From Phaeosaccion multiseriatum (taxonomy: Eukaryota; Protista; Ochrophyta, other classes), in contig OZ218955.1 in assembly GCA_965112735.1 (NCBI GenBank), positions 3,844,001 through 3,908,000 on the forward strand: a stretch of 64,000 nt of DNA. Direction: 5' to 3'. The notes below the pieces were generated by a model. That model was not told the origin of the DNA. It did not search any database and worked only from the letters and a program-made list of their open reading frames with translations. The translations under genes and the position numbers were made by a program. Positions within the stretch are counted from its first letter, which is position 1; the number at the start of each line of letters is the position of its first letter. This document shows, piece by piece, positions 41,203 through 64,000 of this stretch.

Positions 41203-41515
41203 GGCCTTCCACTGCCATCCTCCAGTTCTGTTGGGCCCTTCCACTGCCATCCTCCAGTTCTGTTGGGCCCTTCCACTGCCATCCTTCAGTTCTCTTGGGC
41301 CCTTCCACTGCCATCCTCCAGTTCTCTTGGGCCCTTCCACTGTCATCCTCCAGTTCTGTTGGGCCCTTCCACTGCCATCCTTCAGTTCTCTTGGGCCCTT
41401 CCACTGCCATCCTCCAGTTCTGTTGGGCCCTTCCACTGCCATCCTCCAGTTCTGTTGGGCCCTTCCACTGCCATCCTCCAGTTCTGTTGGGCCCTTCCAC
41501 TGCCATCCTCCGTTC
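41203..41515. repeat. 32-bp minisatellite (GGGCCCTTCCACTGCCATCCTCCAGTTCTGTT), about 10 copies
   Basis: Direct reading; the period is 32 bp (for example 41233 and 41265). Confidence 0.95.
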
Positions 41516-41552
41516 TTTGGGGCTCTATGCGGCTGTAGGGCGGCGGCGTGTT

Positions 41553-42445
<893 letters not shown>

Positions 42446-44032
42446 GTGTCGGGGTGGGGCTCAACCTCACCTTGTCCTCCTTTTCGAAAGCATTCGCCCC
42501 TCCCCTGTCCTCGTATACCCATACACCTGTACCTGTGCTCACCTCTGCCCTCCTGCCATCGACTGCCATCCTCACAGACCTCCAAGCTTGCCCACCTGCT
42601 GTATGGCGATCGCGTGGGGGCCATCAACTGCCTGGAGCCGCACCCCTTTGCCCCCGTGTTGGCCACGTCAGCGCTCGACACAACGCCAAGGTTAGTGAGG
42701 GGCAAGGGCCAGGGATAGGGGTCAGGGTCAGGGTCAGGCTCAGGCTCAGCGTCAGGGTCAGGCTCAGGCTCAGGGTCAAGGTCACGGTCAGGGTCAGGGG
42801 GGTGGTGATTGCGATCCCACGACTCAAGATGGATCTTTGGTCGGTAGTGATCCATGAACGGCCCCACTAAACTGGAGTTGAAACTGACACTGAAACCCTT
42901 CGAATGCTGCCCCCCCTCTCCCCCTCCCACTCGCTTCTTTCTCTTTGCGAAGGTGCGGAGGCCTGAGCGAACCCATGCCGCTACTGAGCTCTCGGGCAAG
43001 AAAGGAAAAAGCGCTGAGGCAATCATGGAGCAGAATGAGAGCTCCAACAGAGAGGAGCAGTCCAGGAGCACCATTCTCACACCAGCCATGCTGCTCCATA
43101 TGCTTAGCATGAGGGAACGCGGTAGCGCTGCATCGGCGGGGTACGGATGGGCAGGAGGAGAGGAGGGGAGGGGAGGGGTGAGGAGGACGACGAGGAGGAG
43201 GAAGAGGAGGGGGGGGGAGGAGGGGGGTTTGCAGGGGGTGCGATCTTACGAGCCCTCGCAGGCGCTGACAGCAGTGGAGGGGACAGTGACTATGACGAAG
43301 ACGAGGGAGAGCGCTTCTCTCGACAGCGCTTGGAGAGTGGGCTGCTTTGCACTGCTGCGAGGCATTGCCCCCCGGGGAGGGGGGGGAGGAGGCAGCAGCA
43401 CCACCCGGGGAGGAGCAGCGTCCAGCGGCAGCACCAGCAGCACCGAGGAGGGGGAGGAGGAGAGAAAAGAAGGAGAGGAGAGAGAGGCGGAGTTGAGAGA
43501 AGAAGGTGCCGAGGGGGGGGGGGGGGGGAGGGTGCCGAGGGGGGAGAGGAGCGCGTCGCCGACGGGCTGTGATGAGAGAGGGCGACGACGAGGAGGAGAG
43601 GAGCGCGAGGGCGGGTGGGAGGCTGACCGACCGGTGGTGGCGGTGGTGGTAGTGGTGGGAGGGAAGTGTAAGGCGACAAGCAAGAGTATCTATTAAGCTG
43701 TACAGAGTCAGTTACAGAGAGAACTGGGGTGGGGGGGGTGGGGGGGGGGGTGGGGGGGAAGGTGGGTCTACACGGCGATGTTTATGTATAGTACTGAGCC
43801 CCCCCCCCCCTTGGGAAAGAGGGGAGGGGGGGCATTCGATATGGGATATAAATGAAAACCGCGTAGCAAGATTTTGTAAGAGGCCACATAGCTCGTGAAC
43901 AGTGTGCAGCGGCGAAGCCAAAATTAAATGGCTTACCCCCTCTTTCCTTCTGTCTAAATGGCTAAACCCCTCTTTCCTTCTGGCATGGCTCACACACTCA
44001 TTCTGTAGCACGCGTTCGTTGTGGCCATATAT

Positions 44033-45850
44033 CTACAATTCTCTATTCTGCTGCTGCTGCTGCTGCTCCTCCTGCTGCTGCTCCTCCTCCTGCTCCTGCT
44101 CCTCCTGCTCCTCCTGCTCCTGCTCCTGCTCCTGCTCCTCCTCCTGCTCCTCCTCCTGCTCCTCCTGCTCCTCCTCCTCCTCCTGCTCCTCCTCCTCCTC
44201 CTCCTCCTCCTGCTGCTGCTGCTGCTCCTCCTCCTCCTCCTCCTCCTCCTCCTCCTCCTCCTCCTCCTCCTTCTTCTCCTCCTCCGCCATTGGTGGCCTT
44301 TCTGACAATGTGACTGGAAAATCACCTGTTCTGTAGATACGTTCAGCCATTCTCCGATGACAACGCTCCCACACGTACATCACCAAAAAAACAAAAAGGA
44401 AGCCGATCCCTACACCTATAATGACTCCGATCTCCACTTTCACTGCCCCTTTAAGAAAAAAGACGGTGGCCCCACTGGCACACCCAAACGCGACAGCTAC
44501 CGTGCCTGCCCTCTTACACGTTACACACCCCGCTGACTCTTGCGTGAGTTTTGTGTCAAAGGCTTCACATGTCGCTGCAATGGTAACAAAGTCTCCCGGC
44601 ACGTCTCTTGGCAGCTTAACTTTAAACACTGCACCTTTCCCTTCGAGAGAGGTCAATTTCGAGCTGTCTTCAGGACGCTCGACGGCAAATACCTTGAATT
44701 CCTCTTCCTTGCGTTCTCGAACCCGGAAAAAAATAGGGTTGCCGGCGTGCAGCCTGCACCTTTGGCTTTCGATCCGTGCTCGTGCTGCGTCTTCTGCAGT
44801 GAATCCCTGAGAAAGGCATGAGAAGTGCGAGGAAGGACAAAACGTTCGGTGGTGAGAGGAGCACACAATGCAGCCACTAGAGCCACTAGCACTAGCTAGG
44901 CAGCCCAGGGAGAGCAAATGCAGGCCCCGTGTTCTTACCAAGGGATCCCAGCGAAATTTGCCCTGCATTTCCCGCCTCAGTCGTTTCTTTACGAAAGCCA
45001 TTATACTGTCGAGCACGTGCGTCGCAGCCTCGTCTTGTCCGTCAAGAGTTTGAAAATTGAAGCGCTTCGCTTTAAAGGCGGCGAGGAGGAGTGATCTCTC
45101 CCCCGCTTCGTTAACAACTGTACACCCGTAAGCAAGGAGGGCTTCAACACCAATATCTGTTGTGGAGGGGAACGTTTGAAACTTATGTCAGAGAGGGGTT
45201 GGTTTGGAAAGAATGAATTCCAGTTCCAGGGGGAGGTGAGATTGCTTACCTGACAAAGGGCAGGTCATCCAACAACGGTTCCTGTCAAATGCTTTGAACT
45301 CTACTTCAACAGCGAAATCATGGTTGCCATCCTCCTCCTCCGAACTCCCCCTGGGTATCGCCCTCCTCACTCGGTATGACCTCCTCACTCGGTATGACCA
45401 CCGCCACGCCCGTTTCCACCCCTCGTTGTTGTGCTGAGTATATACGTTGTGTCGCCAAAGGTTGGGGTGAGCTGCCACGACGGGAGATGACACAAGGATG
45501 GGGTGGAGGGGCAAATGCTGAGTGCACTCGAGCGTGATGATCGGGCCAGCCGCCACGTGGCCAGCAGGCCGAGCAGGTACGCCATTTGGGGCTTTCGCTG
45601 CGGCGTCGAAGTCTACGGTCAGGGTCAGACACGCCCCATCCCCCAGCGCATTCGGTGGCACTGTCACACCCACGCCCATGAGCACATCTTCGGAGACGAT
45701 GCCTTTCCGCGACAAATCCCTCGTCAGCGTGATCGCAGCGGAGAAAGTCGACCCCCCTGCCCTTCCCTCCTCGACGTTCTCCTTCCACCTTCCTGCCCCG
45801 CTCTCGGGGTCCTCTTCATCCACCAATACCGAGGTCGTGTGACGGCAGTA
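44033..45850 (-). CDS. Putative ZU5-like domain, single transmembrane helix and E/Q-rich tail; probably the degenerate 3' part of the right LRR gene
   Basis: GVGVTVPPNAL..GPIITLEC..PILVSSP resembles ZU5. Hydrophobic IGVIIGVGIGFLFVFLVMYVW is followed by ERCHRR. Splice phases do not join cleanly and no clear acceptor follows the last LRR intron. Confidence 0.45.
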
Positions 45851-47384
45851 CATAGACGGTGTTCGCGTACCGTGCACGTAATATAGGGGGGGAGTGTTTC
45901 TTTAGTCACGCGAGTATCAAGTCAAGGGCCATGAGAGGGGGCTCCTACCCAGTCCACTCCACTCACCGATGAGCTGGTTGATGTAAGTATTGTAATCGGT
46001 GAGCTGATTGCCGCTGAGTTCCAGCCCCGCATGGTTTTGCAGACACCGAAGCTCGGGTGGAATGCTCCCTGTAGATGGAGGAGAGTTCTTTGGTCACACT
46101 AAACCAAGTGAAAGGGACGCGAACGGGTGTGCGTACCACTCACCGGTGAGCTTGTTCTTTGAGAGGTTCAGAGTCTGAAGGTTCTGCAGAAATCCAAGCT
46201 GGGGTGGAATGCTCCCTGCAGAGGAGAGGAGAGTTCTTTGGTCATAAACCAAGTGAAAGGGACGCGAACGGGGTGTGCGTACCACTAACCGGTGAGCTTG
46301 TTCTTTGAGAGGTTCAGAGTCTGAAGGTTCTGCAGAAATCCAAGCTGGGGTGGAATGCTCCCTGCAGAGGAGAGGAGAGTTCTTTGGTCACACAAGTATC
46401 AAATGAAAGGGCCATGAGAGGGGCCTCCTACCCAATCATGGCCTCCCTCCATACACGGAATGTGCCTTGTAGCGCAGAGCGAAGTTCGTTGGTTACACTA
46501 GAATTAAGTGAAATGGACAACGGGTGTGCGTACCACTCACCGCTGAGCTTGTTGCTGGCGAGGTTGAGCACCTTGAGCTTCTCGAGAGCTCCCAGTGCCG
46601 GCGGAATCACACCTGCGGAGCCAAGCAAGACGTTCTTTGGTACCACTATCGTACCATTAAGTCAAGTGGACGCACACATGAGAGGGGATCCTCCCGACGC
46701 ATCACACGCATTCTTCTGCAGCACAAGGGGGGGTCAAACAATCAAACTCTTCTTGCATCTACATGGTGCACTCGAAATTAGAACCTACAAGTTCCATTCG
46801 AAAAGTCTCACCATGGAAGTCGTTGTCGGAGAGGTCCAGTACTTCGAGCGTGTCTATCTTGGTTGCAACCTCCAGCACGCGCCCCAGGTCAGCTGCAAAG
46901 AAAAAAGGGGGCGAAATTGAGTCCCTCTCCCATACATACATTTGCCATTTGTTCCATACCTTTGATTTTGAGGCCTGATAGTCGCAACTCGGTGACGCGG
47001 AAGGAATCATTCACCGTCACGCCGTGCCATTCCCCAATCGGCACGCTGTCAGACCAGCGCCCCTCTTCTTCGGACATCGACGGAATGCCTCCACCGAACT
47101 CATGAAAGAGGGCCGCAAGACGCTGCCGGTCCCGTAGGGCGCCCGTCACTGGTGCACGCAGTCCACGGTAATGGCATGCACAGACAGAAGGGGGGGCGGG
47201 GCAGAGGGAGAAAGAAGAATGAATACACAGAGACGAATTGAGCTCACTCCCACATGACCCTTCATTTTCCAAAAAAAATCCAAACCCGCCCTCATCATGC
47301 ATGGCCTTCTGTGCATTTCAAGCAGGGGGGCTAGAAAACAAGCAGCGAGAGAGAGAAGCTTTCGTTGCACCCTTACCCGAATAC

Positions 47385-59746
<12,362 letters not shown>

Positions 59747-60369
59747 GATGGCGCTTGCCTTTTCCTCTTACGGCCTATACTTTGCAGGGAGTGAGTTTGG
59801 GGGTATGCAGCATGAGAGTTCAGGCAAACAAGAGGAGGGAACAAAAAGGTCAAAGACGGAGAGAAGGAGGGAGGGAGGGGGGGAGGGAGGGAGGGTGGTT
59901 GAGGTGAACAAGAGCAGAGAACACCGTTTGAAAGGCGGATCCGCGGTGTTGCCGTTCGCAAACTGCATCGCAGTGTCTACGGGAAGGAGGCGGCACAGAG
60001 AGCAGACTCGATTGCCTTCGGGACGGCCAATCTCGAGGTAAAAGGACCCCACGAGACAATTACCTCACAGGTGGTAGCACGGATTCGATTCCCCCCGCCC
60101 CCAAGCCACTGCTGATGGACATCACCTACCTTGGCAGCAAACTGCTACTGCTGATGGACACACCCTAGTGATGACCTACAGTGTACGACCACTGAGCCTT
60201 CTTTTTCAACACGGAACAGCTAACGCGTGCACTGAACTTCTCAAATCCAAATTGATCCCAAATTCCGAGGGGGGGGGGGGGGTTGTGATTTCTCGTATTA
60301 CCAATGTGCCTACATAGAATCAACCAGAACGGTGTACTGTAATATCAACCAGAAGCCCGTCAAGCAACC

Positions 60370-63300
60370 ATGGGCACGGCTTCGAGCAGCCTCCCCTCTC
60401 AAGGGGGCACTTACTCGCACGCCAGCCCGTACAGGAAGCTGCAGCCGGACTCTGTGTGCGAGGAGGCAGGGCGAGCGTATCGGGACGGGAGGCGCGGCGA
60501 GTGCCTTGCTCTCCTCAACAAGGTGGCTTTGTCGCTGCAGCACCTTCCCGTCACCGCGAGAGAAGCCGTGGCGAAGGCCAACCAGGCTCTCTGCAGTGAA
60601 GATCAGAGCAACACCCTTCAAGGTTCGAGTGACGAAAGACGGACAGTTGCTCTTCCTCCCCTTCCTCCTTTTCTCTTTCTCCCTCTATCCTTGAATGGCG
60701 CAATCACTCAACTGCGTCCCGTTCTTACCTCCTTGAATGGTGCAGGGCTGCAAGACGTGCTTAACTCGCTCGCGGCATCATGTCGGAAGCAGGCCCCTCC
60801 CACCTCCATCACGGAGAGGATTGCCGCCTTTGTGGGTGGGAGCAGCAGCAGCGGCAGCAGCAGCAGGCGCATGATGGAGTATGATGTGCTTGTTCAGGTG
60901 GCGTTCAACGTGGGAGCTCATGCTCTTGGCAGAGGGCGCCTGGATGTGGCCAAGAGGGCGATAATCCAGTGCCTCGAGGTCAGAGAGAGGAGAGGGGTGT
61001 GGCGTGCAGATAGGCAGGCCCGCGCGTGAAGAACGCCGCCTTCACGCCCTCCTTCCACTTCTTGCTATTCATATGTTTTGCCCTCTGCACAGGTCATTGG
61101 GGGTGAAGGGAGCGAAGGGGGTGGCGCGAAGGGGATTCTCCACTGGCAGCGTACCCTCGAAGCCCTGCTCCACAGCGCAATGGGGGGATCACTGGAGCAT
61201 GCCGAGGCCCACACAGGCGAGGAGGAGAGAGGGAAAGGAAGCAGAGGAGGTAGGGCGGGGGGAGGGCAGCACGAGCACGGAGGGGGGCATCTGCTCCCCC
61301 CTGCCTCTGTCCTCCACCTTCTGCGGCTCTCGTGGCTGCTGGCCATGACCATGCTGCTCGAGGGCCGGGCCCAGGCCGCCAAGGATGTCCTGGAGGGGGT
61401 GGAGCGGAGCACAGCTGTGGCGAGGAGAGCGTGGGGCCTCTCGCCCTGTGCCGCCTGCGGTGCGAGCAACAAGTGGAGAGGAGGCGCAGTAGCGATGGCA
61501 CCGTTGTCCTCTTCCCATCAGAGGGAGAGCGGGCCTCCTTCGTGGCTGCTACACCCCCATCACTCCGAGCTGGGCCGACAGCAGCACTGCACCACCACCT
61601 GCAGGGGCTGCCTGTGGGGAGAAGTCCTGCGGCTGCTCGCAGAGGAGGAGTCTTCGGGGGCCTCCCTTCTGACCTCCTCTGCTCGTGACTACCGCGGTCC
61701 TTCCTCTGGTCAGCAAGGCGAGCCGTGCGATGTGGTGATGGAGCGATGTCGGCTGCTTGAAGCGCTCGCCAGTCTGGTGGAGGGCAACAGAGCCGAGGCC
61801 TTTGAAGCGTTGCGCCGGAGCTGCTGTGGCTGCTCGAAGAAGGGAAAGAAGAGGGGAAGGTCCGACCCGCCCCTGCTGTCCCCCCTCGTCAACACCCCTG
61901 CGGCGGCAGCGTCTTCATCGCTTCTGGCGCACGTGTTGGCTGTACATGTTAGCAGTGACCAGCGTCAGTGTCGTCACCAACAAAGAGACAGAGGCGGGCC
62001 AGAGGTGGACATGCAGAGCGAGAGTCAGGGCGAAAGAGAGAGCAAAGAGAGTCTTCTCACTCAAGTCTGCGCCCATCTGGGCCGAACAGCCGAGCGGCAG
62101 GAGACCGCGGGGGGGGCTCTCAGTCCAGAGACCATGGTGCTCCTCGGATGCAGGGCCTTGGGGAGGGGCGGCCCCTCCTACACCTCCGGGAGAGCATCTG
62201 GGAGAGCAGGCCTTGGTGCCCCCCCCGGGGAGAGCGGGCGAGGGCGACGAGCAGGAGGAGGGGGAGTGGCGGGTTCGTCAGGTGTAGACGCCCCTTGTGG
62301 TGATGATGATGATGATGATGATGATGATGTTGAAGGCGGACCTTCTTCCCGTCCTTCCCCAGGGGGGCAGGCTCAGGCTCTAGCGCTGTTCCGCTCAGTG
62401 CTGGCGGTGGACTGTAACAATCCTGCGGCCTCTCTCGGCACGGCCTGCGCCCTGTGGAGGGCGGGCCTGCCGCAGAACGCCGCACCCATCCTCAGCCATC
62501 TCCTGGCGTCCCATCCACTGCCATCCTCCTTCTCGTCGGTGTGTGCTGTGCCTCCTCCTCTCTCGGCCTCGGCCGTGGACACTGAGGGGAGAGTCTTCTT
62601 CCGCCTCGATAACGTTGCTGCCCCCCCCATCCGCTGCCATCCCCCCCCCTTGCCACCGGAGAGACTCGCGTGGGCCAAGGCGTTGGCGTGCGCTGCCCAG
62701 GGGGGCTGGGGTGCCCAAGGGGATCGGGGTGGTGCCCCGGGGGGCTGGGCAGGGGCCGCATCTGCCTGCAGAGTGGTGCTGGCTGGGCTGGCGCAAACAT
62801 GCCGTGGCGTAGTGGGCACCGGAGCGGCAAGCGAGATTGCTGGACGGGTTGGTGATACAGCAGCAGACGGAGGAAGAGACGGACGAGGAGGAGGAGGAGG
62901 AGGAGGAGGGCCTGGGGAGGGAGGGGGTTTGGCAAGAGCGGAGCCCGCATGTGCAGCAGAGCCTCATCAGCGAGACGGACGGCGTGGGGCCGAAGGGCTC
63001 TTTTGGAGCTCACTGCAGTGCCGAAGGGCTCCTCTGGGGGCACTGGCAGCTCCGTCCGCCTTCTTTGCGGCGCCATTTGGAAGGGCCGACAAGCGAGAAG
63101 AACAACAACAAGAGGGGCAAGGCAAAGAGAGGCAAGAGCGGCAACAGAGGCAAGAGAGGCTCCGTCTTGGTTCCGCGGCGGTGTCTCTGCTGCTCTACTC
63201 GCTCCTCGCACAGGGCAAGGCACGGGAGGCCTGGGCAGAGGCGCAGCGCTGGATTGAGTTTGAGGTTGAGACTGCTGAGACTGGCCAGCAGCAGCACCAC

Positions 63301-64000
63301 CACCACCACCACCACCATCAGTTGGTGCTACAGCTCACCGAGACCACGACCGACGCCAATCGGGCCCCTCTCCTTTCCCCGTGTGCTATGGCCACTGCCC
63401 GAGGGGGGGATGCCCGAGGGGGTGATGCCCGAGGGGGTGATGCCCGAGGGGGTGATAATCAGGGCCTCTCCGGGGTCGGCGCCGACCCGCGGGTGCTTCT
63501 CTACGCCGCAGATGCCCTCGTGTGCGTCAAGGGGAGTGTGAGGGGAGCGGGGCGCTTGGTCTCGCGGGCCTTGGAAGCAGTGCAGATGCGGCAGTTGGTG
63601 ATACAGCCGCAGCAGCAGCAGCAGAGAAAGAAGCGAAAGAGGCAGGAGGACGAGGAGGAGGAGAAGCAGGTGGAGAGTGATGGGCAAGCTCCCCCCGGGT
63701 CAGTAGCAGCCGCAGCAGGTGGTGGTACAGCAAGCGGCGGCACCAACACAGCCAACCCCTTGCCACCCCCTCCCTCCCCGCTCGATCGCCGCCTGCACGT
63801 CACTGCACTCAATAACGCGGCGCTTGTGCTCGTGGGTAGGGGGAGGCTGCTGGACGCGTGTCACCACCTAAGGGCCGCGCTGAGACTCGCCCCGAGGGCG
63901 GAGGGGGAGCAAGAGACCGAGCAGTTGGTGATACAGCCTGCCTTCAACCTGGCGCTCGTGCTGTGGCGGATGGGGCGGCGCGAGGCAGCGGCGGAGCACT
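60370..64000 (+). CDS. Large TPR/alpha-helical repeat protein, multi-exon, continuing past the window end
   Basis: Exons about 60370-60622, 60746-60978 and 61093-61249, then further exons. TPR-like segments VAFNVGAHALGRGRLDVAKRAI, LLYAADALV, ALNNAALVLVGRGRLLDACHHLRAALRLAP and AFNLALVLWRMGRREAA. Faint CNOT10-like resemblance only. Confidence 0.55.

Noticed and set aside
60370-64000. Assignment of the TPR gene as CNOT10
   Set aside because: Only generic helical-repeat similarity; not enough to give a symbol.

Overview
GC-rich, intron-rich eukaryotic DNA. It is probably a photosynthetic stramenopile related to brown algae (inferred from the LRR-ROCO gene type and gene content). Housekeeping genes: NBAS/Sec39-like (-, runs off the left edge), RPA2 (+), DIS3/RRP44 (-), a PHD-type chromatin protein (+), a dual-specificity phosphatase (+), an EF-hand Na+/Ca2+ exchanger of the NCL type (-) and a TPR protein (+, runs off the right edge). 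The main feature is a candidate receptor-diversification locus. A diverged inverted duplication (about 11.64-18.33 kb on +, about 47.38-55.8 kb on -) carries two convergent LRR genes. In both, each 24-aa LRR sits on its own 72-nt phase-1 exon, separated by short (mostly 75-80 nt), strongly conserved introns containing a dyad (best copy GGTACGCGAAC-GG-GTTCGCGTACC). The left gene has 8 single cassettes plus 1 double and splices to a ROC-COR-TIR exon. The right gene has more than 20 cassettes, some broken exactly at the dyad, and ends in a different, degenerate ZU5-like/transmembrane tail. Cassette variation is concentrated in the exposed xxLxLxx positions. A degenerate DDE integrase, a secreted Cys-repeat gene, pseudogene fragments, many micro/minisatellites and a dispersed 15-bp motif (CAGTTGGTGATACAG) are also present. 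Exon boundaries were read by eye from GT/AG sites and reading frame; no transcript or database evidence was available.
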